Positions 50,190 through 63,712 of a DNA stretch of 64,000 bases are shown piece after piece. Source of the DNA: Squalus acanthias (taxonomy: Eukaryota); assembly GCA_030390025.1 (NCBI GenBank), contig CM059432.1, forward strand, positions 10,106,001 through 10,170,000, given 5' to 3'. Position 1 is the first letter of the stretch, and each line of letters starts with the position of its first letter. The notes beneath the pieces were generated by a model. The model had not been told where the DNA came from, did not search any database, and was given only the letters and a program-made list of their open reading frames with translations. The position numbers were made by a program, and so were the translations under genes.

Positions 50190-50560
50190 TAACTCAAAAG
50201 TTTTTTGTTTCCATACAGACACCAGCATCTGCCACATTTGACCCCTTGTGACCCCACCTCATTGTCTTTGATGTAATGTTTTCCTGACTGACCTGTTTGG
50301 ACACCATCCACACCTTTGATTGCCGTGATTATCTCTCAGCCAAGGTGTGATAAAGGGCAGTTAGAAAGATTAACTGTAATCATCTGGCAGTGTTCTCTGA
50401 CTATATATGCTGTGCCGATATACAATTCTTCACTTCACCTGACGAAGGAGCAGCGCTCCGAAAGCTTGTGATTTCAAATAAAGCTGTTGGACTATAACCT
50501 GGTGTTGTGCGACTTCTCACATTTGTCCTCCCTAGTCCAACACCGGCATCTCCACATCAT
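50190..50560 (+). mobile_element. Penelope-like pseudo-LTR (P1)
   Basis: 3' part matches 14771-14855 and 3181-3271. Confidence 0.8.
50435..50471 (+). ncRNA. Minimal type I hammerhead ribozyme motif
   Basis: tcac-CTGACGA-A-GGAGC-agc-GCTCC-GAAA-GCTT-gtga. Confidence 0.75.
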
Positions 50561-50656
50561 CCTTTCCCATTGACAAGCAAGAGCTGCATGACAGCACTGT
50601 CCAATTCCACGAGACTGTTGGCTTCCTTAAAATAGATGGGGGGGCCGCAGGGGTGG

Positions 50657-50804
50657 GGGGTAGTAATTTTGACTTTGGCCAATAGTGTAACACAGGCAAT
50701 ATCGGATCAGCCAACGGAAATGTAAATGAGGAGAGATGTATACAACGGACAGATGATCCGATATCGCCCGTCTTACACTGTCGTCCAAAGTCAAAATCAC
50801 TCCC
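50657..50804. mobile_element. Short palindromic MITE-like element
   Basis: taattttgactttgg..agtgtaa..ggcaatatcggatca pairs with tgatccgatatcgcc..ttacact..ccaaagtcaaaatca; degenerate relative at ~22355-22500. Confidence 0.65.
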
Positions 50805-50849
50805 CGGGAGAGATTGATGGACCCCATGTGGCCAATCAGGTGGCTGGCC

Positions 50850-53430
50850 ACATAGAAACATAGAAACATGAAAACATAGAAGATAGGAGCAGGAGTAGGC
50901 CACTCAGCCCCTCGAGCCTGTTCCGCCATTCAATGAGATCATGGCTGATCATCTAAATTCAGTACCCTGTCCCTGCTTTCTCCCCATATCCCTTGATCCC
51001 TTTAGCTTTAAGAAATATATCTAACTCTTTCTTGAATATATTTAATGAATTGGCCTCTACTGCCTTCTGTGGTAGAGAATTCCACAGGTTCACCACTCTC
51101 TGGGTGAAGAAATTCCTCCTCATCTCAGTCCTAAATGGCTTACCCCTTATCCTTAGACTGTGACCCCTGGTTCTGGACTCACCGGCCATCGGAAACATCC
51201 TTCCTGCATCTAGTCTGTCTAGTCCTGTTAGAATTTTATAAGTTTCAATGAGATCCCCTCTCATTCTTCTAAACTCCGGTGAGTATAAGCCCAATCGACC
51301 CAATCTCTCCTCATATGTCATTCCTGCCATCCGAGGTATCAGCCTGGTGAATCTTCGCTGCACTCCCTCCATGGCAAGAACATCCTTCCTCAGATAAGGC
51401 GACCAAAACTGCACACAATACTCAAGATGTGGTCTCACCAAGGCCCTGTACAACTGCAGCAAGACATCCTTGTTCCTGTACTCGAACCCTTTCGCTACGA
51501 AGGCCAACATACCATTTGCCTTCTTAACCGCCTGCTGCACCTGCATGCTTACCTTCAGTGACTGGTGCACAAGGACACCCAGGTCTCGTTGCACTTCCCC
51601 TTCTCCCAATCTATTGCCATTCAGATAATAATCTGCCTTCCTGTTTTTGCCACCAAAGTGGATAACCTCACATTTATCCACATTATATTGCATCTGCCAT
51701 GCTTCTGCCCAATCACCCAACCTGTCCAAATCTTACTGGAGTTTCTTGGCATCCTCCTCACGGCACACACTCCCACCCAGCTTTGTGTCATCTGCAAACT
51801 TATTACATCCAATTCCCTCGTCTAGATCATTAATATATATTGTGAATAGCTGGGGTCCTAGGACCGATCCCTGCTTTACCCCACTAGTCACTGCCTGCCA
51901 CTCGGAAAAAGACCCATTTATTCCAACTCTTTTCTTTCTGGCTGCCAACCAGTTCTCTATCCAAGTCAATACCTTGCCCCCAATCCCATGTGCCTTAACT
52001 TTACACGCTAATCTCTTATGCGGGACCTTATCGAAAGCCTCCTGAAAGTCCAAATACACCACATCCACTGGTTCTCCCTTATCTATTTTACCAGTTACAT
52101 CCTCAAAAAATTCCAGTAGATTAGTCAAGCACGATTTACCTTTTGTAAATCCATGTTGACTTTGTTCAATCCTGTTACTGTTTTCCAAGTGCTCTGCTAT
52201 TACATCTTTTATAATGGACTCTAGCATTTTCCCCACTACCGATGTCAGGCTTACCGGTCTATAATTCCCCGTTTTCTCTCTACCACCTTTTTTGAATAGT
52301 GGGGTAACATTAGCTAGCCTCCAATCCATGGGTACTGTTCCAGAGTCTATAGAATTTTTGAAGATGACCAGCAATGCATCTACTATTTCTAGTGCCACTT
52401 CCTTAAGTACCCTAGGATATAGATTATCAGGCCCTGGGGATTTATCGGCCTTCAATCCCATCAATTTTCCTAACACTATTTCCCTACAAATACTGATTTC
52501 TTTCAGTTCCTCCCTCTCATTAGACCCTATGTTCCCCGACATCTCTGGGAGGTTATTTGTGTCCTCCTTTGTGAAGACAGAACCAAAGTATGTATTTAAT
52601 TGATCTGCCATTTCTTTGTTCCCCATTATAAATTCCCCTGATTCTGACTGCAAGGGACCTACGCTTGACTTCACCAATCTTTTTCTCTTCACATATCTAT
52701 AAAAGCTTTTACAGTCAGTTTTTATGTTCCCTGTAAGCTTACTTTCATACTCTATTTTCCCCTTCTTAATTAATCCCTTTGTCCTTTTTTGCTGAATCCT
52801 ATACTGCTCCCAATCCTCAGGTTTTCTGCTTTTTCTGGCCAATTTATATGTCCTCTCCTTGGATCTTATGCTATCCCTAATTTCCTTTGTTAGCTACGGT
52901 TGAGACACCTTTTTTGTTTTATTTTTATGCCAAACTGGGATGAACAAATTCTGTAGTTCATTCATGCGATCTTTGAATGTTTGCCATTGCCTATCCACCG
53001 TCAACCCTTTGAGTGACATTCCCCAATTAATCCTACCCAACTCGCGCCTCATACCATCGTAGTTTCCTTTATTTAAATTCAGGACCCTAGTCTCTGAGTC
53101 AACTACTTCACTCTCCATCTTAATGAAGAATTCTATCATATTATGATCGCTCTGACCCAAGGGGCCTCGTACAACAAGATTGCTAATTAATCCTTTCTCA
53201 TTACATAATACCCAGTCTAAGATGGCCTGATCTCTAGTTGGTTCCTCGACATATTGGTCCAGGAAACCATCTCGTATACACTCCAGGAATTCCTCCTCCA
53301 CAGTATTGTTACTAATTTGGTTAGCCCAATCTATATGTAGATTAAAGTCGCCCATGATAACTGCTGTGCTCTTATTGCCGCTTCTCTAATTTCCCTTGTA
53401 ATGCCATCCGCAACCTCCGCATTACTGTTA
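50850..53430 (-). mobile_element. CR1 ORF2, 5'-truncated, frameshifted
   Basis: ORFs 52894-53355, 51733-52842 and 50959-51729 carry APE C-terminus and RT motifs; (tttctatg)n tail. Confidence 0.95.
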
Positions 53431-53860
53431 CACAATACCATGGCCTACTTGGAAAGAAGCGCGTTCTACTGTATCAATATACATTTGGCCAGTGACTTAG
53501 GGGTTTTTTTTTTTAACTCTATCTTTACCACTTTAGGGTACCGAGAGGTAAGGATCAACTAAGGCTAAATACTCTTTTAAATAATTGCGTTTATTGGCAT
53601 TAACCCGCAACAGCTTACAGAGAGAGATGCTTACAACCTTAGTCAGTAGCGCAACTCGAAACTCAGAATACTCAATTCTTCTGCTTCGAGAGACTGAAGG
53701 GCTAATGCTTTGTTGACACCTACCTTTCTCGGTCTCGGACTGTCTCCTCCTTTCACTTGAAAATTACTGTTCTTATACCAGTGTCGCTGCCTCAAAAATA
53801 GCTTCAGATGTTTTTCTCTCTTCTCATGGTTTTAGAGCACAGCTGTCTAGTTCTGTCTCC

Positions 53861-55865
53861 TTATCCATGCACCTTATAGTTATGCCCCCTTGTAACAGCT
53901 GCCTCTACCCGAGGAAATAGTCTCTGAACATCCACTCTATCTATCCCCCTCATCATCTTATAAACCTCTATTAAGTCGCCTCTCATCCTCCTCCGCTCTA
54001 AAGAGAAAAGCCCCAACTCCCTCAATCTTTCCTCATAAGACCTCCCCCCCAAACCAGGCAGCATCCTGGTAAATCTCCTTTGCACTCTTTCCAATGCTTC
54101 CACGTCCTTCCTATAGTGAGGTGACCAGAACTGCACACAATATTCCAAATGTGGTCTCACCAAGGTCCTGTACAGTTGCAGCATAACCTCACGGTTCTTA
54201 AACTCAAACCCTCTGTTAATAAACGCCAACACACCATAGGCCTTCTTTACTGCTCTATCCACTTGAGTGGCAACCTTCAGAGATCTGTGGATATGAACCC
54301 CCAGATCCCTCTGCTCCTCCACATTCCTCAGAACCCTGCCGTTGACCCTGTAATCCTTATTCAAATTTGCCCTACCAAAATGAATCACCTCGCACTTATC
54401 AGGGTTAAATTCCATCTGCCATTTTTCGGCCCAGCTCTGCATCCTATCAATGTCTCTTTGCAGCCTACAACTGCCCTCCACCTCATCCACTACTCCACCA
54501 ATCTTGGTGTCATCAGCAAATTTACTGATCCACCCTTCAGTCCCCTCCTCCAAGTCATTGATAAAAATCACAAACAGCAGAGGACCCAGCACCGACCCCT
54601 GTGGCACACCGCTGGTAACTGGTCTCCAGTCCGAAAATGTTCCATCCACCACCACCCTCTGCCTTCTATGAGATAGCCAGTTACCTATCCAATCGGCCAA
54701 ATTTCCCTCTATCCCACAACTCCTTACTTTCTTCATGAGACGACCATGGGGAACCTTATCAAACGCCTTACTAAAATCCATGTATACGACATCAACTGCT
54801 CTACCTTCATCTACACACTTAGTTACCTCCTCAAAGAATTCAATCAAATTTGTTAGGCAAGACTTACCCTTCACGAATCCGTGTTGACTATCCCTGATTA
54901 AGTTGCCCCTTTCCAAATGGTCATAAATCCTATCCCTCAGGACCTTTTCCATTATCTTACCAACCACCGAAGTAAGACTAACCGGCCTATAATTACCAGG
55001 GTCATTCCTATTTCCTTTCTTGAAGAGAGGAACAACATTCGCCACTCTCCAGTCCTCTGGCACCATCCCCGTGGACAGTGAGGACCCAAAGATCAAAGCC
55101 AGAGGCTCTGCAATCTCCTCCCTTGCCTCCCAAAGAATCCTAGGATATATCCCATCTGGCCCAGGGGACTTATCGACCCTCAGGTTCTTCAAAATTGCTA
55201 AAACATCTTCCCTCAGAACATCTACCACCTCCAGCCTATCCACCTTTATCACACTCTTATCCTCAAGAACATGGCCCCTCTCCTCGGTGAACACTGACGA
55301 AAAGTATTCATTCATCACCTCTCCTATCTCTTCTGACTCCATGCATAAGTTCCCACTACTGTCCTTGACCGGCCCTACCCTCACCCTGGTCATTCTTTTA
55401 TTTCTCACATAAGAGTAAAAAGCCTTGGGGTTTTTCTTGATCCGACCCGCCAAGGACTTCTCATGCCCCCTACTAGCTCTCCTAAGCTCTTTTTTTAGCT
55501 CATTCCTTGCTACCTTGTACCCCTCAATCGACCCAACTGAACCTTGTTTTCTCATCCTTACATACGCTTCCTTTTTCCTCTTGACTAGACATTCAACCTC
55601 TTTTGTGAACCATGGTTCTCTCACTCGGCCATTTCCTCCCTGCCTGACAGGGACATACCTATCAAGGACACGCAGTAATTGCTCCATGAAAAAGCTCCAC
55701 TTTTCGTTTGTGCCTTTCCCTGATAGTTTCTGTTCCCATCTTATACTCCCTAATTCTTGCCTAATCGCATCATAATTACCCCTCCCCCAATTATAAACCC
55801 TGCCCTGCCGTATGGCCCTATCCCTCTCCATTGCAATAGTGAAAGTTACCGAATTGTGGTCACTA
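53861..55865 (-). mobile_element. CR1 ORF2 segment, open for ~665 codons, both ends missing
   Basis: SDHN...KSPGPDG...QHGF...[10 protein letters not shown]...KFADDTK...TRGHNYK with no stops. Confidence 0.95.
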
Positions 55866-55911
55866 CTCCTTCTCCTTCCAAAGTGCAGCAAATCATGAAC
55901 TAAGGATACAC

Positions 55912-56385
55912 AAAGAAGAAAAAGAAAAAAGACTTGCATTTACATAGCATCTTTCACGATCTCAAGACGTCCCAAAGCGCTATACAGCCAATGAAGTACT
56001 TTTTGAAGTGTAGTCACTGTTGTAATGTAGGAAACATGGCAGCCAATTTGCGCACAGCAAGCTCCCACAAACTGCAATGTGATAATGACCGGATAATCTG
56101 TTTTTGTCATGTTGATCGAGGGATAAATATTGGCCAGGACACCAGGGAGAACTCCCCTTGCTCTTCTTCAAAATAGTGCCGTGGGATCTTTTCTGTCCAC
56201 CTGAGAGAGCAGACGGGGCCTCGGTTTAATGTCTCATCCGAAAGACGGCACCTCCGACAGTGCAGCACTCCCTCAGCACTGCACTGGATTGTCAGCCTAG
56301 ATTTTGGCGCTCAAGTCTCTGGAGTGGGACTGTGAACCCACAACCTCCTGACTCAGAGGCGAGGGTGCTGCCCACTGAGCCGCAG
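55912..56385 (-). mobile_element. Full-length Deu-domain SINE
   Basis: Reverse complement of the 46722-47203 type. Confidence 0.88.
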
Positions 56386-56389
56386 CACA

Positions 56390-57217
56390 TACTTTTAACC
56401 AATCCTCATGGACAGCGTAAGACGTGCGGAATTACCCCTCGCCCCGTCCAACAGGTTATAGAGTTCAGACTTGAGACTTATGAGAAATTACACCAGACAC
56501 TCGGGTTCTGCCTTTAACCTTTTATTGTTCCTAAGACAGATTCAAAACCCCAACCACTATTCGAGCAGTTCACCAATAATATTACAAGAAATCATACATA
56601 TAACCACCCGCTGATGATCAGTCCAGCGTTGATTGCAGGTCCTCGTAAGCGAAAAGACTGGCCAGGCCCCTCCTTCCGACTGCAGCTTGATCCTGCAGTG
56701 CTGATACTCTTTAGCCCCTGTGTTTTATACAGCCTTCCTTGCCTTTCGCAGTAAATCAATAACTCAGAGATAGTGAAATGTTCCTTTAATGTTGGTCTGA
56801 GCTGTTTGAGCTGTCAAACGTTTACATTAACTCATCCTGTGTGGCTATCCATTAGTTTGTCCTTATCACAGCCCAAAATTGTTCATTCACTTCTAAAGTT
56901 TACAAAGGTGGCAGAAAACCACTTGGTTCGATTCATGAGTTACGTCGTATTCTGCATTTCAAAACTTCAAAGGTTTGACTTCTCCCCATTAACCTCAGAA
57001 AAGTCACCAGAGACACCATGTCTGCAAAACTAAGGGGATTTGTTTATCTCTGTTTTCTCTCACTACCCCCTGCAGTCACAACCATGTTTCCTGCCTTATC
57101 AGTGAAAGACTGCTTGTTACATTCACCAATTTTATTTCACTTTGAAAAACCTTTTTGCCTGGCAAAGCATTTCAAGAAATATTTAAAATTAAGGGTCTGT
57201 ATATACTTTCTGCAACA
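56390..57217 (-). mobile_element. Possible LTR remnant
   Basis: Minus-strand AATAAA (~56521) and TATAAAA (~56723), ends ...caaca; no TSD found. Confidence 0.3.
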
Positions 57218-57247
57218 GTAAGCAAAAGAAACCATCATGCGCTCTTC

Positions 57248-58080
57248 AACATGGCAGATGGAATATAATGTGGATAAATGTGAAGTTATCCACTTTGGTA
57301 GAAAAAACAGAAAGGCAGAGTATTTCCTCAATGGTGAAAGATTGGGGAATGCAGATGCTCAAAGGGACCTGGGTGTCCTTGTACATGAGTCACTGAAAGT
57401 GAATGTGCAGGTGCAGCAAGCCATTAGGAAGGCAAATGGTATGCTGGCCTTCATTACAAGAGGATTTGAGTACAGGAATAAAGAAGTCTTACTCCAATTA
57501 TATAGGGCCTTGGTGAGACCACACCTGGAGTACTGTGTACAATTTTGGTCTCCTTACCTAAGGAAGGATATACTTGCCATAGAGGGAGTGCAACGAAGAT
57601 TCACGAGATTGATTACTGGGATGGCGGGACTGTCGTATGAGAAGAGATTGAGTAAACTAGGCCTGTATTCTCTTGAATTCAGAAGAATGAGAGGGGATTT
57701 CATTGAAGGATACAAAATTCTTACAGGGCTTGATAGGGTGGATGCTGGGAGAATGTTTCCCTTGGCTGGGGAGTCTAGAACCAGGGGCCACAGCCTCAGG
57801 CTAAAGGGTAGGCCATTCAGGACTGAGATGAGAAGAGATTTCTTCAGACAGAGGGTGGTGAATCTTTGGAATTCTCTACCCCAGAGGGCTGTGGAGGCTC
57901 AGTCATTGGGTATATTCAAAACAGAAGTCGATAGATTTCTGACTAGTAAGGGCATCAAGGGATATGGCGATAGGGCCGGTGAATGGAGTTGAGGCAGAAG
58001 ATCAGCCATGATCTCATTGAATGGTGGAGCAGGCTCAAAGGGCCGAATGGCCTACTCCTGCTCCTATTTCTTATGTTCTT
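57248..58080 (+). mobile_element. CR1 RT/3' portion
   Basis: ORF 57237-57992 motifs and 3' UTR. Confidence 0.93.
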
Positions 58081-58402
58081 AACACAGCAGTTAGTAACAG
58101 TTCTGTGAATCTAACCCATTCTTTTAGTTTTAAAAGTACTTATTGAAAAGGTTTGGAAATTCCGTCATGACCACCAACACCCTATCATGCACCTGGGATG
58201 CTTTAATTTTGTGCTAATCATCTCTGGCAGGTTTATTTGGAGGTGAAGGGACACTGAAAGGCTGGCTATTTTTCAGCCCTGGTGGCTAACAGCCTTGTGG
58301 GCAACCACAGACAGAACGTGACCACAGATAATATAAAGACCCTGAAACCGCTCTGATCATTCTTGAATCTAGCAATTCTTTAAGCACTGCTGTATCCTTA
58401 AT

Positions 58403-58660
58403 CTTGCATTTATATAACGTAGTAAAACATCCCAAGGTGCTTCACAGGAGCGTTATCAGACAAAATTTGACACCGAGTCACGTAAGGATATATTAGGACA
58501 GGTGACCAACAAGCTTGGTCAAAGAGGTCGGTTTTAAGGAGCGTCTTAAAGGAGGAGAGAGAGATAGAGAGGTTTAGGGAGGGAATTCCAGAGCTTAGGG
58601 CCTCGGCAACATAAGGCATGGCCACCAATGGTGGAGCGATTAAAATCAGGGATGCTCAAG
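58403..58660 (-). mobile_element. L2 3' end
   Basis: Similar to 10487-10760. Confidence 0.85.
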
Positions 58661-58744
58661 AACCATCTTCTTCGTCATTTTTATTCAGGTCCCTTGGATC
58701 CAGCAAATGGTATTGACTCTGGCTGTAAATTTCTTTCTAATACT

Positions 58745-59530
58745 TGTTCCTGGGATGTGGGCGTCGCTGGCAAGGCCAGCATTTATTGCTCATCCCTAGT
58801 TGCCCTTGAGAAGGTGGTGGTGAGCCGCCTTCTGGAACCGCTGCAGTCCGTGTGGTGAAGGTTCTCCCACAGTGCTGTTAGGGTGGGAGTTCCAGGATTT
58901 TGACCCAGTGACGATGAAGGAATGGCGATATATTTCCAAGTCAGGATGGTGTGTGACTTGGAGGGGAACTTGGAGGTGGTGGTGTTGCCATGCGTCTGCT
59001 GCCCTTGTCCTTCTAGGTGGTAGAGGTCGCGGGTTTGGGAGGTGCTGCCGAAGAAGCCTTGGTGAGTTGCTGCAGTGCATCTTGTAGATGGTACACACTG
59101 CAGCCATGGTGCGCCGGTGGTGGAGGGAGTGAATGTTTAAGGTGGTGGATGGGGTGCCAATCAAGCGGGCTGCTTTATCCTGGATGGTGTCGAGCTTCTT
59201 GAGTGTTGTTGGAGCTGCACTCACTCAGGCAAGTGGAGAATATTCCACCACACTCCTGACTTGTGCCTTGTAGATGGTGGAAAGGCTTTGGGGAGTCAGG
59301 AGGTGAGACACTCGCCGCAGAATACCCAGCCACTGACGTGCTCTTGTAGCCACAGTATTTATGTGGCTGGTCCAGTTAAGTTTCTGGTCAATGGTGACCC
59401 CCCCCAGGATGTTGATGGTGGGGGATTCGGTGATGGTAATGCCATTGAATGTCAAGGGGAGGTGGTTAGACTCTCACTTATTGGAGATAGTCATTGCCTG
59501 CACTTCTGTGGCGTGAATGTTACTTACCAC
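58745..59530 (-). mobile_element. LINE family B 3' portion
   Basis: Similar to 17920-18710. Confidence 0.9.
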
Positions 59531-60159
59531 TTAATAGTCCATATTTGAATCATGTTTGAATAATATTTTTAGGGAGGGTGCCTTTCAGTCCCACACATGA
59601 CATCACTCTTTTCCTGAATTTCATGGATGAGAAACATCAAATTTAGCAGTTGTCATTCTGGCAGGCCACATTTTACAGGTACATTGAAGTGTTTGGCATA
59701 TTCTCGCTGCACAAATGCAGAGATTTAAATGCCTGTTAAATCAATTTAAATGATGTTCAATGGTCTAATTCATCCCACACTCCATTGGGCAGCTTGCTGT
59801 GCAGACCAAAGATTGGTTGGTTGCTAAAGAACAGCAAAATGGGGGTGAACAGGATGATGAAAAAGCTTTCGTGTCTCACAGCTAGCCCTCGAGTAACACA
59901 CCACTGTAATTTCTAGGCTTGTATCACACTGAACATAGCAGCATCAATTCAATAGAAGGGACAAGAATGGTTGTGACAGAGAGAGAAGACTCGAGACTAG
60001 AGGTGACAGAGGATTTGCTTTTGGATGACAAGGTTCAGAGTGCAAGGGTGTGCGTAAGTAGAGCCTCCCCAGATATGGGGACAGGACTATTTAAGTCTGG
60101 GGCAAATTTGGGTTTTATAGGGCGAATGAAGGTTGTGAATGTCGAATGGAACCATCAGC

Positions 60160-61040
60160 AACAATAGCAACAACTTGCTTTTATACAGCGCCTTTAATGT
60201 AGTAAAAAGTCCCAAGGCGCTTCACAGGAGCGTTATCAGACAGAACTTGACACCGAGACACATAAGGAGATATTAGGACAGATGACCAAAAGAGGTAGGC
60301 TTTACGGAGCGTCTTAAAGGAGGAGAGCGAGGTAGGGAGGTGAAGAGGTTTAGAGAGGGAATTCCAGAGCTGAGGGCCGAGGCAGCTGAAGGCTTCACGG
60401 TGGCATAGTGGTTAGCACTGGTGCCTCACAGCGCCAGGGACCCGGGTTCGAATCTGGCCTCGGGTGACTGTCTGTGTGGAGTTTGCACATTCTCCCCGTG
60501 TCTGCGTGGGTTTCCTCCGGGTGCTCCGGTTTCCTCCCACAGTCCAAAAATGTGCGGGTTAGGTTGATTTGGCTATGATAAATTGACCCTTAGTGTTAGG
60601 GGGGGATTAAATATGTGGGGTTACGGGGATAGGATGGGATATGTTAGGGGGAATTAAATACGTGGGGTTATGGGGATAGGGTGGGATATGTGTCGGTGCA
60701 GGCTCGATGGGGATTCTGTGTGAGAGAGCAGGGACAGGGTACTGGATTTGGATGATCAGCCATGATCGTATTGAATGGTGGAGCAGGCTCGACGGGCCGA
60801 ATGGCCTACTCCTGCTCCTAGTTTCTATGTTTCTATGTTTCTAAGGCGCGGCCGCCAATGGCGGGGTGGAAAAAAATCGGGGATGCGCAAGTGGCCTGAA
60901 TTGGAGGAGCGCGGATAGGACTGGAGGTGGCTACAGAGACAGGGAGAGGCGAGGCCATGGAGGGATTTGAAAAGAAGAATGAGAATTTTAAAATTGAGCC
61001 AATTTAGGTCAGCGAGCACAGGGGTGATGGGTGAACGGGT
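60160..61040 (-). mobile_element. L2 3' end split by a V-SINE
   Basis: Similar to 10474-10940. Confidence 0.82.
60394..60842 (+). mobile_element. V-SINE (HE1-like) with CR1-derived tail
   Basis: A box tggcatagtgg, B box gggttcgaatc, V-domain tgtgtggagtttgcacattctccccgtgtctgcgtgggtttcctccggg; TSD aaggc. Confidence 0.88.
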
Positions 61041-61624
61041 CGAGAATGGACTGAGCGAGATCAGATATCAAAAGGACAACATTTCTAAGCTGTATGTCAC
61101 CCCGTCCAATACTAGCAGAGTCTGATTTAGCTGAACATGAAAAAAATCCGTGACTTTAATTTAACTTCCGGACTTACTGGCACTTTTTTTGGATTTGTTC
61201 TAATGAAACACTGATTTTTGATCCTAGTGAATGAGAAAATTAGTTGTAATTATTATCTCTGTTGTGCTGCCAGTATTTTTTAATTAAATAAATGCAAACG
61301 TCTTTATATTTTTGTAATTCAGATATTTTAATTATGGTGATTAATTATTTGTTATATTTCACGCTATTTAAACTCCTACAAAGTTTCAATTAAAGGTTCC
61401 ATCTTTTGTTGGGATAGCACTTTAATAGAAATTAATAATACAGCCAATCCACTGCTAAAAGACATAAAGATGCATTTTCTTTTCAGACAAGAAGAGAAGG
61501 TTTCTCTCTGGATCCCTCTGCCGGGATTGACATCTTGGAACAGTCGCAGCTCCGTGAAGTGCCATGGCAACCCACTCCTCCCCACACCTCCCCCCACCCC
61601 CTCAACTCCCCCATCAATCCACAC

Positions 61625-61868
61625 GTTCCTCCAAGTTCCCCTCCAATTCACACACCATCCTGACTTGGAAATATATCACCATTCCTTCATCGTCGCCGGG
61701 TCAAAATCCTGGAACTCCCTCCCTAACAGCACTGTGGGAGTACCATCACCACACGGTCTGCAGCGGTTCAAGAAGGCGGCTCACCACCACCTTCTCGAGG
61801 GCAATTAGGGATGGGCAATAAATGCTGGCCTTGCCAGCGATGCCCACATCCCAGGAACGAATAAAAAA
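61625..61868 (+). mobile_element. LINE family B 3' end
   Basis: Ends cccacatcccaggaacgaataaaaaaa. Confidence 0.88.
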
Positions 61869-62139
61869 ATATATACACTCATCTTCTGATGCCCTGATCC
61901 CATTTAAGCTGGCAGCAGACACAGAGTGTACAGACAGATTCAATTGGCCTTTGGCCACACCCATCATTCTATTTCAATCTGGATGGCCGTGGTTAACGTT
62001 AACAGAGCAGATCCGTTCATTAGTCCAAGCCCGATTAGCTTTGGAAATCCCTCAGTTGTGCAAGGATGGATACGAAGGGAGCAGAGGGACGAAGGAAGCT
62101 GGCAATCAGCAGGTTCCCTTGCCCAAGTTTGACCTGCAG

Positions 62140-62385
62140 CCACGGTATTTCATGGGGTTCGGAGTCAATGTTGAGGACTCCCAGGGGCAAACCCCTCAGA
62201 TTGAATACCGCTGTGTCCCCCCACCTCTGGTGGATCTGACCTGCTAGTGGGACTGGGCATACCCAGGGATGGAGATGGAGGAGTCTGGGGTGTTGGCTGA
62301 TAGGTATGATTCTGCGAGTATGACTATGTCAGGCTGTTACTTGACGACTCTGTGGGGCAGCTTTCCCAACTTTAGCACCAATCCT
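62140..62385 (-). mobile_element. LINE family B endonuclease fragment, diverged
   Basis: Similar to 20455-20720. Confidence 0.75.
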
Positions 62386-62904
62386 GGGAGCGTTTCCGTG
62401 GGTCCCCGGTGGCGTCCAGCTCCTGCCTGTCGGCATTGAGATCATTCCTGCCAAGTTTGGGCAGGAGACAGTTCAGCACTATTTAAATGAGGCCCAGAAG
62501 TTAAAACGATGCGGACCTCATGCTGCACACCCCTGCTTCCCCCTCCACACCCCCCACCCCCCCACCCCCCACCGCCCCATCACCTCTCCCGCCCTGAACA
62601 TTCCCCGAGTTAAATTGGAGGCTAACGTGTCTTTTAAAACTTGACACTGACTGCCTCTTATTAACTCAAATTTCTCCAAGTGCTTTCTAATTTCGTTCCA
62701 TATTATAGACTCGTGTATGTTACCAACAACTGAAGGCTAACTGGGCTATAATTTACCAGTGTCACATTTGTCATCCCTGTAGTCCTTTGGCACATTTCCT
62801 TTCCACAGAATTTTGGAAAATAGTAGACTGAGCCTTCACTATTTCCACCTTGGCTTCACTCAGGATCCTCAAATGTAATCTATCAAGTTCCGGGGGCTTG
62901 TTTA

Positions 62905-63178
62905 GAAAGAAAAAAAGACTTGAATTTATGTAGCACCTTTCGCGACCTCAGGATGTCTCAAAGCGCTTTACAGCCAATGAAGTACTTTTTGAAATGTAGT
63001 CACCTTTGTAGTGTAGGAAATGCGGCAACCAATTTGCGCACAGCAAGCTCCCACAAACAGCAATGTGATAATGACCAGATACTAATACAAAAGACCTGAA
63101 GCGTTGACTCTGTTTCTCTCTCTCCACAGATGCTGCCTGACCTGCTGAGTATTTCCAGCATTTTCTGTTTTTATTTCA
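62905..63178. mobile_element. Deu-SINE 3' part (-, 62905-63085) plus Penelope-like P2 end (63087-63178)
   Basis: P2 piece flanked by duplication aatgaccaRatactaa. Confidence 0.78.
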
Positions 63179-63196
63179 AATGACCAAATACTAAGT

Positions 63197-63712
63197 GGGC
63201 TAGAAATTCATTATAGCCCAGGAATGGGCGGTATCTTTAGAAAAGTTTGAGAATTAGCGCCAGGCGCTAATGCTTTAGACTGCACGCAAAATTCATTCTC
63301 ACTGCTCAAAGGAATGATTGGTCTTAAAGGCCTAGCTCAGTGGCGTTACACTCAAAGGGTGGACCAATATCGGGTCCAGTCTTATCTCAACTCATCATTG
63401 CCACAGGCTTATCCCAGTACTTAAAGGGGAGGTTCATTGATGCTGCAGCACCTCATTCTCAGCATTGCTGGCTGTGCAGCTGCCTCAGCAAGGAGAAGCA
63501 CAACAAGGAGAAGGAGCTGGAGGACTGAAGCAGGTGTGCTCATGGCAGATCCACCTCACTCGGGTGGTCAGGGTGAGTGAATGTTTCAACAAATGCTACA
63601 TACCACCATCTGTACCACAAGCTTCACACACTGCCCAAAGCACCACACCCCCAACCCTCACCCACCAACAATCTCTACCTAACAACACTCACACCCACAT
63701 CTCACACCTTGC
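63197..63712. mobile_element. Harbinger derivative, one end only
   Basis: Starts gggctagaaattc; reverse complement of ~13550-14104. Confidence 0.88.

Noticed and set aside
55866..55939. Hydrophobic signal-peptide-like N-terminus on the 692-aa RT ORF
   Set aside because: Chance read-through from a SINE (cttt)n tail and flank into the truncated CR1.
60394..60470. tRNA gene candidates here and at 46725, 24575 and 21106
   Set aside because: No complete cloverleaf; each continues into a SINE or LINE body.
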